Positions 32,796 to 42,607 of a DNA stretch of 64,000 bases are shown one piece after another. The position numbers and the translations under genes were made by a program. The DNA is from an uncultured Planctomycetaceae bacterium (GTDB lineage Bacteria > Planctomycetota > Planctomycetia > Isosphaerales > Isosphaeraceae), in contig CAWIAD010000001.1 of NCBI GenBank assembly GCA_963833985.1, positions 3,136,001 through 3,200,000 on the forward strand, read 5' to 3'. Every line of letters begins with the position of its first letter. The first letter of the stretch is position 1. The notes under the pieces were generated by a model. That model was given only the letters and a program-made list of their open reading frames with translations. It had not been told where the DNA came from and did no database searches.

Positions 32796-33130
32796 AAGAA
32801 ACGAAAGGACAGACAACGTGATCCTGCCCGGACCGATCTTGCAGCGTGCGCTGGTCTTGCCAGGAGATCTGCAGCGTGCGCTGGTCTTGCCAGGAGATCC
32901 GGTCATGACACTCGCACCTGGGTATCTGGGGATACGTCTGTCGCTTGCTGGTACCACTGCATCACCCTCGAGACACCCTTGAATTTGCTGGCGAGGCGTG
33001 ATCCAGACGTCGCAGCGGAGCCGTCGAATGAGGAGGTCGTGCGGCGCCAGGAACGGCTGCGGAAGATTGCCGGGCGGTTGAACGTGCATCGTCTGGCAAA
33101 CCTGGACGGTCGCGCGGCACGCTGGGAAAA
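32796..33130 (+). mobile_element. Miniature, internally deleted copy of the 31046-32098 HUH transposase with its upstream end
   Basis: DTSVACWYHCI / LLARRDPDVAAEPSNEEVVRR / ERLRKIAGRLNVHRLANLDG match the start, middle and end of the intact protein; homologous 5' region; 30-bp tandem duplication 32840-32899. Confidence 0.85.
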
Positions 33131-33434
33131 ACGTGCCGCAGCCTCGGCCACGCACGTGCTGCCATGACGTCGCCTGGTCGGCTGGACGGTCAGAGCGCTG
33201 GCGGCTGCGTACGTGGCCACCGACCCTGCGCTGGTGGATGGAGAAATCGGCAGGCGGGTTCGCAGGATCGCCGGTGTTTCCGCCGTAGACTGAATAGGAC
33301 GGTGCAGTGCGGAGGCTCCTTGACAATGCGGCGGATGGTTGGGACCAGCGCCGGCCCGGCGACGCGCTGGCTCCGCTCTTTTGCAGACCAGATGGCACGG
33401 TCCACCGGACGTTCTGCATTCACAACTCGGGGAA

Positions 33435-33498
33435 CGAAGCCATTGAAAAAACGATATATAACTCGCACGCACCAAAGGAGTAACGTCCGATGGCTTCG
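33435..33498 (-). repeat. 64-bp element bounded by CGAAGCCA/TGGCTTCG, copy 2 (inverted relative to copy 1)
   Basis: Same length as 30402-30465; first 15 and last 8 bases identical. Confidence 0.75.
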
Positions 33499-33820
33499 GT
33501 TGTATGGTGCCGAGAACGAACCCAGATTCTCCCCTGCCTGAGGGCGGACGCGCGACACGACCAGGTGGGCCAGTAAACGGCACGAACGCCGGGGCCAGCC
33601 GCGCTCGGCGGACCAGGGGCTGAAGCCGCGAGGGCGTGCTTTTCACGCGGAAAACCCGCAACGAACCCAATTGCAAATGGAACTGCAAGTCCATGATAAG
33701 CAAGGATTAATGGCCAGAAAGCACCATCGGAAGGGACCGAAATCGAAGCCAATTCGGCAGCAATCCCAGGACGTGCGACGGACGGTCTCGAGGAAGATCA
33801 TCAAAGGGAAGACGGGGACT

Positions 33821-33896
33821 AAGATTGCATTGCCTGTCCTTCTGGCCTGGTCCTTCTGGCCTGCTCCTTCTTGGCCTGCTCCTTCTGGCCTGTCCT
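33821..33896 (+). repeat. Orphan copy of the transposase end motif followed by a 13-15-bp micro-tandem array
   Basis: AAGATTGCATTGCCTGTCCTT (33821-33841), then GCCTG(N)TCCTTCT(T)G units at 33832, 33845, 33859, 33874 and a partial at 33888. Confidence 0.9.
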
Positions 33897-34242
33897 CCGC
33901 ACTTCCGAAGACCCACGTGTCTCGTCGCCGCTTCTGCTCGCTGTCGATCAATAAGCTTCAACAAAAAAGAACAAAGGCAACGGAGGGTTGGGACGGAACA
34001 GGGACGGGAACGGGGCTCAAGTAAACTAGAAGCGGCCATGTTTCCGCTCTCCGGTTCCTGATGTTCTTGTTCCGAACCCCTGACGCTTTCGCTCGGGTCT
34101 CTATTCCGCGCGGCCGTCGGTTGAACGTGCATGGCTCGCAGGCGATAATCCACAGCCAGGCCAAAGCGGGCTGGGGTTTTGGCCATCGATCAAATCGGCC
34201 GCCTCGTCTCGCAACTCGTCCGCATCTGTCGCGGAGCCGCTC

Positions 34243-36620
34243 GTGGACCGACTGAAGATCCTCCTGTTCGCGGCCAATCCGTTCAGGGACTTGAACCTGG
34301 ACGAGGAGATCCGCTGCATCCGGGAGGCTGTGGGTTCCGCGGGCCAGCGCGGGATCATGCTGGTCCCCTTCACTGCCACCCGGCCTGGCGACCTGATCGA
34401 CGCGATCGACGACGAACGTCCCCAGGTCGTGCATTTCTGCGGCCATGGAATCCGCTCTCGGGGCGACGCGCAACGGGACCACGACACCAACCGCTCAGGC
34501 GATGAGCAAGAAGCTGTGCGCACCGGCCGTGACCTGATCGCCACGCCTGAGAATCAAGGCGCCATCCTGGTCATCGGCGAGGACGGCCGGCATCGTCCGC
34601 TGGGTCCTGCCGGTCTGGTCGACCTCTTCGAGCATCACAGCGAGATGGTCAAGATCGTCGTCCTGAACACCTGCTGGACCGAGAAGCAAGCCCAGGCGAT
34701 CGCCCAGCACATCGCGTGCGTCATCGGCACGACCCGAGAGATCCGCGACGAGGCCGCCCGGATCTTCTCGAAGCGGCTCTACAGGGCGCTCGCGAGGGGG
34801 GAACCAGTCGCGACCGCGCTGCAGAAGGCGAAGACCGATATCAAACTGCACGGATTCGACGATCAGGCCGCCATCCCTCAGCTCTGGACCAAGCCAGGCA
34901 TCGACGCCAGCCGGGTCTACCTCGTGCCGCCGGAACCGAAGCCGGAGCTGAAACCGGAGCCGAGGCCAGAGCGGGAGCGACAGCTCGAGCTGAAGCCTGT
35001 CCAGGAGCTGGAGATCGAATTCGCGCCGCAGGTGGAGCTGGGTCAGGATGAGAATCCGGCTCCTTCGTCTGTTGTGATAGGAATGCATGGGCTCGACAAC
35101 TCGATAGCCGGGATCCTGGCATCGACCCAAGAAGAGCAAGTGGAGGATGAGAGAGCCAAGGAGGATGACAACGGGGTCTTCGCGAGCGAGAAGCCGAGAG
35201 ATCCCGTGGACGACTTCGGGAACGTATTTACTAAGTTTATTAACTTGTTAATCCACATCTGTACATATTTCATGAAATTGTTCCGCGACACCAAGCAGAG
35301 AAAACTGGTTCAGGACACCAAGCAGAGAGCGGAGGAGGACAGGGAAGCGGAGGACGACGATCAGGACTATTTCGAAATTGAGGAACTGAGGCTCGCACGA
35401 GGAGGACGCCGAGACCGACAGCGATCAGGGGGTCTTCGCCCTCATTGAGGCGCTGAGCTCGCACGAGGAGGACGCCGAGACCGACAGCGATCCGTTCCAG
35501 CACATTCCTCCGGCCTGGACAGTAAACGCCAAGCAACTCGAGACGCAGGCCGAAACCACGCCGGCGAAGACGGCGCCACCGAAGAAGACGTTCTTGGAGC
35601 GCCTTGGCCTGAAGCGCATGTGGGATCAGGGAGTGGATGCGGCGGCAAGACTCGTGCTGGCTGTACTTTCAACCCTGCTCATCATCATCGTACTCATCAT
35701 AACATCCGTGATAATAGTCGTTCAACTGGACAGAACGCTAAGTTCCAAGAACGACCCGGCCAAGAAAGTGCTTGAAAAGGGCGACGAGGAAATCCCAGGC
35801 CCCCCAGCCCCCGCACCGTCCGCTGCCGGTCCCAAGAAGTCCCTGCCGGCCGAGACAAAGACCGCGCCTGCGGTGAACGACGCCGCCTGCACACAGCTTC
35901 GCGAGGGCTTCCGGGAGCTGTTCAGCAACAGTCGCACCGTTCGGAATCCGATCGGCGTGGCCCTGGTGCTCAACGAGCACGTCACCGCGGCTGATCTGGC
36001 GGGCTTCATCGAGCCGGCCCGGCGGGCCAGGGTAGCGATCACGGCGGTTATCGCCGTCCCGGTACGGATCGGGAAGGATCGTCATTTCGTGGACCTGACG
36101 GACTGCCCCGTTGCCGTCGGCCCGATCGCGGTTGGAACTCTCTATGAGGAACTCAAACGTGCGCTCAACCGCGATGACGTGGACATTGTCGTCTTCGTCG
36201 CTCCGCTCAAGGAAAGTCTCGTTGGGAATCACGCAGACGGCCAGGAACACTCGTCACAAAGGGAGCTGATGCGTGTTTTGAATGCGAGCCTCGAGGCGAC
36301 GATGGATGTCTACGTCTCGTCGACGAAGAAGGATGCCGTGGTCTGGCGCAGGAAATCTCCTGGAAGGCAAGCCCGCTGGTACAGAAACGGGCAAAGCACC
36401 GGATGTGTCACCCAGCCCGATGGAGACATTGTCAATAACGAGTCAAATCACCGCCATGGGCGGCAGGGACTGGGAGGACTTCGCCGAATTCCTCCAGTGC
36501 GTGAAGTCCCGCACCCAGCCGAAGAACGCGTTCAGCAACCCGCAGGCTGCTCCCGCGCCCAGGCCGCCGGCTCCGGTTTCGAAGCAGACCGAGACGGCGA
36601 AGAGCACGAGGGACGAGTGA
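34243..36620 (+). CDS. CHAT (caspase-like) domain protein with acidic repeats, TM helix and C-terminal domain; frameshifts near 35390 and probably 36420
   Basis: KILLFAANP, LNLDEEIR, VHFCGHG, VVLNTC, VIGTTREIRDEAARIFSKRLY; the SSHEEDAETDSD duplication shows one extra G in copy 1; TM LVLAVLSTLLIIIVLIITSVIIVV. Confidence 0.78.
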
Positions 36621-36632
36621 AACGGAGGTGCG

Positions 36633-36726
36633 GAAACGGGGACGCAATTCGTTCTCGATTCGAGTTACGTCCTGTTTCAGTCTCCCGTCCCCGTTTCGGT
36701 TCTCTAGCTACGTCCGCGTTTCGGTT
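36633..36726. repeat. Palindromic GGGGAC/GTCCCC element with three CGTCC(N)GTTTC units
   Basis: GAAACGGGGACG 36633-36644 pairs with CGTCCCCGTTTC 36686-36697; related units at 36668 and 36711. Confidence 0.7.
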
Positions 36727-36850
36727 CCTTTGGCGAGCGTTGCTGGGAGAAGTTCAGTTCGTCGAAAGAAAACTGGCGGTCCCCTCTCCTTGGCCGGCAC
36801 CATCGGCTCAGATTGAGTCCAATCCAAGGCCCAGGAGAGAGGGGGACGAG

Positions 36851-39027
36851 ATGACGATCATGAGCGAGCATCGAATCGGGGCATCGCGGCATTTTCGGAC
36901 CGTCTTCGAGTCGGGGCGCTCGGCTCTCTGGCCGATGGTGCATTGCTGGAGCGGTACCTGGCCGGTCGGGGCGACGAGAACTCCGCGGAGGCGTTCGCGG
37001 CCCTGGCGGAGCGGCACGGACCGATGGTCCTGTCCGTCTGCCAGGCCGCGATGGGCAACCCGCACGACGCCGAGGACGCGGCCCAGGCCACGTTCCTCAT
37101 CCTCGCCCGTCGGGCCGGCTCGATCCGCCGGGCCGAGTCGCTGGCAAGCTGGCTCTTTGGCGTGGCGCTGAAGGTGTCGGCGAAGGCGCGGGCACAGAGG
37201 GCACGCAGGCGGGCGATCGAACGACGGGGGGCCGAGATGAAGGCGCAGGCCGCCGGATCCGACGGGTTGCTCGAGACCCGATCAAACGTCTACGAGGAGC
37301 TGGAACGGCTGCCGGAGCGGTTCCGGTCGCCGATCGTGTTGTGCCACCTCGAAGGGCTGACCAACGAGCAAGCGGCCAGCCGGCTGGGCCTTCCGGTCCG
37401 GACGGTGCAGCGCCGGCTGGCGGCAGGCCGCGAGCGTCTGAGGCATCGGCTGACCGGCCGAGGGCTCGCGCCGGTCGCGGGCGCGGACCTGGGACTGCTC
37501 GGCCCGGTCACCGGGCGGGCGTCGGAGGCGTGGATCGAGGCGACGGCGAAGGCGGCCGCGGGCCTGGCCGCCGGCCGGGCGGTCGGTGCCGTTGCCTCGG
37601 CGCCGGTGGCGTCGCTGGTGAAAGGGGCGACGGCCATGATGTTCGTGGGCCGGCTGAAGGCCGTCGCGGCAGGGCTCTTGCTCTCCGGAACCGTCGCCGG
37701 GCTGGCCGGCGTCGGCTGGCTCTGGTCTGCGCGGCAACAGGCCCCGCTGCCCGCGGCCGGGCCCCAGGTCAAGGGCGTCCGGCACGACCCCGCGCCTGCG
37801 CCGGTCGGCAAGGCCGGGAGCCGGCTCAAGGGCGTCGTGGTCGACGAGGGGCGCCAGCCGGTCGCCGGAGCGCGGGTCCGGTCGCTGTACACTGCGTCAC
37901 GCCAGACTGCGACCACCGGCGCCGACGGCACGTTCGACCTTCCGAACGAGATGCGGAACGCCCTGGAACATGGCCTCATCGCAACGGCGGACGGCGGTGC
38001 GCTGCAAGGGATGTGCCTGTTCCAACCTCCGGCGGTACCCGACGGACCGGGCAGCCTGGCGGGGATCATGCTCCATCCGGCTCACGAGGTGGCCGTCACG
38101 GTCGTCAATGGGCGCGGGGCCCCGGTCCCGGATGCGGCCGTTTTCGTCCTGGACCTCAACTTCCCGGCCGCCGATGCAAGGACCGACGCGCGTGGCAAGG
38201 CCGTCATCCGCGTCCCGCGGGAATTGAGGTCCACCTGGATCGTCGCGATCAAGCCGGGCGTCGGCTTTGACTACTTCGAGAATTACCAGACCGATTCGCC
38301 CACCACATTTGCTCCTCCTCCGCGCGAGGCTCGGCTCGTCCTCAGCGGAGTTCTCCGCAACGTCCGCGTTCGCGTGGTCGACTCTGAGGGGCAACCCGTG
38401 GCGGGCGTCGAGGTCCACCCCGTGACAATCGACAAGAGGGGCAAGTATCGGTTCGCCAACCTCGCCCCGCTTCCTGTCGACCCTCACACCGACGCCAATG
38501 GGGTCGCGACATTCGACTGGCTACCCGCGGACATCACCGCCGCCTCGTTCAGTCCAGTCACCTCGGCCTACGCGCTGCCCGGTCCGTGTGCCCTGGACCC
38601 CAGCAAGCCCGACGCCTTGCTGACAGCACGCGTCCGCCGCATGACACGAGTCTCGGGCAAGGTGACCTTCCCCGACGGCTCGCCCGCGCCCTGGATCCGC
38701 GTCGAGGCCAGCGGTTCCGGAGGCCCGGGGATTGCCAAAGGCTGGGCGTTCGGGAGCCGGGACACGACGGCCGCCGATGGGTCGTATGAGATGCAGCTCA
38801 TGCCGGGACAGTCCTACACGATCAAGGTGGTTGACCCGGAAGGGGCCGGGCCAGGTCTCGGCGGGGTCGAGGTTCGCGAGGGTGTCCCGCGAACCGGGCT
38901 CGACCTGTCCCTGGTCCGCGGACCCAAGGACCAGGGCTCGGCCCCGGCGCTGCCCGCTCCCTCGGCGAACCAGGCCCCGGCGCCACCCCCGCCCCCACCT
39001 CCGCCCTCCGCGGGATCGAATCCGTAG
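36851..39027 (+). CDS. ECF sigma-70 factor with TM and carboxypeptidase-regulatory-like C-terminal repeats; frameshift near 36920
   Basis: AFAALAERHGPMVLSVC, DAEDAAQATFLILARRA, LPERFRSPIVLCHLEGLT; repeated GxVVDxxGxPVAGAxV. Confidence 0.9.
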
Positions 39028-39223
39028 CCCAGGTCACCCGCGAGGATGGAGACTGCCGGTGACCTCGCCCATCCACCACTCTCCCGGGATGGACGCCCGG
39101 CTCTCGGGTACGCAGTGAGAGGCTGTCTGGGAAAGCTCCATGAGTCCCCATCATGGTTTCCCGGACGGTCTCTCGTTCGACAGCCGCAGTTGTTCTTCAG
39201 CGTTCAAGCACATACGGTACTTT

Positions 39224-39389
39224 CCGCAGAGAGCACGGAGAGAAACCTCCGTGGGGATCGAGACAGACGCACCTCTGGATTCGATCTTGCTCGAACTCTT
39301 GGGCCCCCGGCCGATCAATGGTCCCGTTGGGGTTTCGTTGTCAATCATTTCTGCCGCCGTCCATCGTCTGTTCTTCGTGCTCTCTGTGG
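39224..39389. repeat. Intergenic inverted-repeat element
   Basis: CCGCAGAGAGCACGGAGA (39224-39241) vs reverse complement of 39372-39389, 16/18 match. Confidence 0.6.
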
Positions 39390-39612
39390 TTTCTTGGCTT
39401 TCCTGATCGCGCCTGGGAAAAGGGAATCGTCGAGTGTCCGGGTCGCCGACGCGAGCCCGTGTTGAACCACTGGCGTGAATGACACAGCCCTGCCCGTGTA
39501 CGACGGTCCGAGCCGGAGCCCTCGATTGACCACAGCGTGTCCTAAGCTAGCAACAAGAGGCATGGGCCGGCGGAGAGTGCCCATGCCCCAGGAAGGCCGG
39601 GGCAGGCTCAGC

Positions 39613-41109
39613 ATGGGTGAAGACCGCCACGACTCCGTTTTCCGGCGCTGGTTCGTGCCCCAGCCGAGCGACCTCGTGTTCGCACTTGTGCTCGTCTCGG
39701 TCCTTGCCAGCAAGCCGGAGTCGCTGCTGGACGATCCGGGTACGCCCTGGCACCTCCGGCTCGGACGCGACATCATCTCGACGCGCAGCGTCCCGCGATG
39801 CGATACGCTCACCTTCACGCGCGGGAACGCACCCTGGGTGGACCAGTCCTGGGGCTTTGACGCGCTCCTGGCCCTGGTCGTCGACGCAGCCGGATGGACC
39901 GGCGCATCGGCTGCCACGGCACTGCTGCTGGCAGCGGTCTACGCGGCGCTCGCCAGAGGCCTGATGCGAGACGGGACCTGCACGCTCGCCGCGCTTTTCA
40001 CGACCCTGCTCGCCGTCTCCATCGGCCACATTCACTTCCTGATCCGGCCGCACCTCTTCACGCTGGCCCTGGTCTACGTGACGTTCCGCCTCTGCCAGAA
40101 GCAGCACGAGCGCCAAGGCTGGACCATTGCCGGAGTGCCAGTGCTCACGGCCATCCTGGCCAACCTGCACGGTGGGTTCGTCGTGTTGCCGGTCATCGTG
40201 GCGACCGCAGCCCTCGGCCATGCGACCTCCGGACCGCTTGACGCCGGCCGCAGGCAAAACCTGGGGAAGTTTTGTCTGGCTTTCCTGGGCTGCTGTCTTG
40301 CGGGGCTGATCAATCCGTACGGCCTGGACCTGTATCGCCACGTCGGCAAGCTGCTCTTCTCGAGCGGCGTGACGTCCTTGATCCAGGAGTATCAGCCCGC
40401 TCCGTTTGGAACCACGCAGGCCGGCACGCTCGAGATCGTGCTGCTGGCACTGGTGGGGCTGCCGGCGATCGTGAGCCGCAAGACCGACCGTTACCACCTC
40501 GCGCACCTGCTTGTCTGGCTGCATCTCGCGCTCACCTCGATCCGCAACGCACCCCTGTTTGCCCTGGCGGCGGCGCCGACCGTGGCTGCCTTGCTCGACG
40601 GCCTTCCCTTGCCGTTCCGCAACGCGTGGCCCGAGCGGTCCTGGCGATCGATCTGGCGGCCCGTGTTGACCGCTTGCGTCCTGCTCGTGGCATGCACCGG
40701 CATCACCATCGGCGGGTTTGACAGGGCGAAATGGCCGCTCGAGGCACTCGCTGTCGTCGATCGGCAGCAGCCCTCGACACGCATCTTCCACGAGCAGGAC
40801 TGGGGCGGGCTGATCGAAGCCGAGTGCCTCCCCCGGCGGCTGGCTTACATGGACGACCGGTTCGAGCTCTTCGGCAAGGACGCGGTCATCGAATACGCGC
40901 AGGCGTTATCCGGAGGTCCGACGTGGGACACCGTGCGTGATCGAGACCGTATCGAGCTTGTCTGGATCAGGCCCGATCGCGGGCTAGCGAAGCGACTTGC
41001 CGCTGATGAGGCATGGACCGAGATCCACAGAGATGCCGTGTCGACGCTCTTCGGGCGCGAGCCGACGAAGACGATGGCGGGAAGTCTCACGGCTTCGTCT
41101 CATCCTTGA
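39613..41109 (+). CDS. Polytopic membrane protein, GT-C glycosyltransferase-like
   Basis: DDPGTPWHLRLG, WVDQSW, RPHLFT, ANLHGGF, INPYG, WGGLI, DDRFELFG. Confidence 0.75.
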   Translation: MGEDRHDSVFRRWFVPQPSDLVFALVLVSVLASKPESLLDDPGTPWHLRLGRDIISTRSVPRCDTLTFTRGNAPWVDQSWGFDALLALVVDAAGWTGASAATALLLAAVYAALARGLMRDGTCTLAALFTTLLAVSIGHIHFLIRPHLFTLALVYVTFRLCQKQHERQGWTIAGVPVLTAILANLHGGFVVLPVIVATAALGHATSGPLDAGRRQNLGKFCLAFLGCCLAGLINPYGLDLYRHVGKLLFSSGVTSLIQEYQPAPFGTTQAGTLEIVLLALVGLPAIVSRKTDRYHLAHLLVWLHLALTSIRNAPLFALAAAPTVAALLDGLPLPFRNAWPERSWRSIWRPVLTACVLLVACTGITIGGFDRAKWPLEALAVVDRQQPSTRIFHEQDWGGLIEAECLPRRLAYMDDRFELFGKDAVIEYAQALSGGPTWDTVRDRDRIELVWIRPDRGLAKRLAADEAWTEIHRDAVSTLFGREPTKTMAGSLTASSHP

Positions 41110-42574
41110 GCTTCCGCCGCACGGCCGTCGTCAATTCATCGGGCAGGTGGATGGTCCATGTGTTGTCAACGTCCTTCCTGGCTTCGAAGCGCTGCGGCAA
41201 AGCCGTCGCGGTGATCACCTGAAGCTGCCTCAGGATAAAGCTGCCGGCCAGGCCGATGGAGTTCACCGCGCCGGGGGGTGGATCCGGGTAGTCTGGAACT
41301 TGCTCGTAGGCGGCCTGGTTCAGAGAAAACAAATCCACCAGTTCGAACCGCTTCGCGTTATTTCCCGGAGAAAGCTCCTTCCCGGCCCTGACGATGATGA
41401 GCCTTCGAAGCTCATAGCGGCCATGAAGCATCGGGATCGCGCCCGGCTCGCCACTCCGATCGATCAAGGACGCATCGACATAGACCTGGCCCAGCTTGTA
41501 TTCTTTCGGCTCTGGAGACGGGGCGACGCCCTTTGGCAAGCTGACAACTGGGGCCGTGCCGGGGCTCATGCCCGGCGGGCCATAGGTGGATTCAGCCCGG
41601 CTTGCGTAGCTCCAGAAGCCAGGGCTGCCGCGCTGGAGCCGCCGGGCCGTGCCGGCCTTGGGACCGCAGAGCACGTGGCGAGTCCCAGCGCTGAGCTCGG
41701 AATCAAAATCGTGCAGCTCGATCCAGTGCAGGGGCGGCTGATAGGTGAAACCCTCATGCTTCAGGCTGGCGACGACGGATAATCCCTGGTCGGCCAGGTC
41801 CGGCGGCCAGTCGATCCGGAGGACGACCGGTGCCGTCGGCTCGTCTTTCGCAGGAGAGACGATTGCTTTCTCGATCGAAGTTCCGGGCAGCGCGCTCAAG
41901 TAACCGTTCGCGATCCAGGCCCCATCCTTCATGGGCCGCCGCAGGTTAAAGGACCAGTCTCCCGGCTGGATCACGCCGAAATCGATCATCCCCTTGTCGT
42001 CGGATTCGCGCAGGATCGCGTCTTCCTTGTCGGCTCCATGGCTACCGCGTCCGAGCAGGGCCTGTACGCCGACGGCAGGAGGGCCGTCAGGCGTGTTCCG
42101 GGTCAGCCTGAAGGAGACGGGGATCCAGACAGGCGACTTGCTCGCGGACGCGCTTTTGGAAAGCGACTGCAACTGCTCGAGCATCTGCTTGCGGGCCAGC
42201 TCGGCCTCATGGCGAGCATGTTCGAGCTCGGCAAGAGCCATTCTCCGCGACTGCATCGCCTGATTCCACATCAGGAAGGCGAGCGACAGGCTGACCATCG
42301 TGAGCACGATGCAGCAGACCACCAGGATGCGCTGGGTCATGATCTTCCCTCTCATCGCATCGAACCAGAGCCGGCGCGCGAGGAGCGCCGGGTCGCCGAA
42401 GTGTTCCAGAACCCGCTGTTGTGCCGTCGCCGCGTCGGCCCCGCGCAGCAATTCCCGCCGGTACGCGCAGGCCAGGTGGTCGGCCAGCTCATCGAAAATG
42501 TCGTTGCGCAGGCTGGCCGGCTCGTCGTCGCGCGGCGAGGGCAGCTCGGCGGAGAGACCGTCACGAAAGCTCAC
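41087..42574 (-). CDS. Membrane-anchored protein with N-terminal HAAS/permease-prefix-like domain
   Basis: LRNDIFDELADHL..VLEHFGDPALLARRLW, then one TM helix; directly downstream of padR. Confidence 0.72.
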   Translation of the reverse strand: MSFRDGLSAELPSPRDDEPASLRNDIFDELADHLACAYRRELLRGADAATAQQRVLEHFGDPALLARRLWFDAMRGKIMTQRILVVCCIVLTMVSLSLAFLMWNQAMQSRRMALAELEHARHEAELARKQMLEQLQSLSKSASASKSPVWIPVSFRLTRNTPDGPPAVGVQALLGRGSHGADKEDAILRESDDKGMIDFGVIQPGDWSFNLRRPMKDGAWIANGYLSALPGTSIEKAIVSPAKDEPTAPVVLRIDWPPDLADQGLSVVASLKHEGFTYQPPLHWIELHDFDSELSAGTRHVLCGPKAGTARRLQRGSPGFWSYASRAESTYGPPGMSPGTAPVVSLPKGVAPSPEPKEYKLGQVYVDASLIDRSGEPGAIPMLHGRYELRRLIIVRAGKELSPGNNAKRFELVDLFSLNQAAYEQVPDYPDPPPGAVNSIGLAGSFILRQLQVITATALPQRFEARKDVDNTWTIHLPDELTTAVRRKLKDETKP

Positions 42575-42607
42575 GGCTTCATCCTTTTGCCCAGTGCCGG
42601 GCGCCCG

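Noticed and set aside
32254..33896. Micro-arrays as CRISPR or plain microsatellites
   Set aside because: There are no spacers. Each array starts at the same 21-bp motif, so they are reported as motif-linked arrays instead.
35594..37171. 525-aa ORF as a single gene
   Set aside because: It is a chimera of the CHAT gene's C-terminal part, intergenic repeats and the ECF sigma N-terminus, produced by frameshifts.
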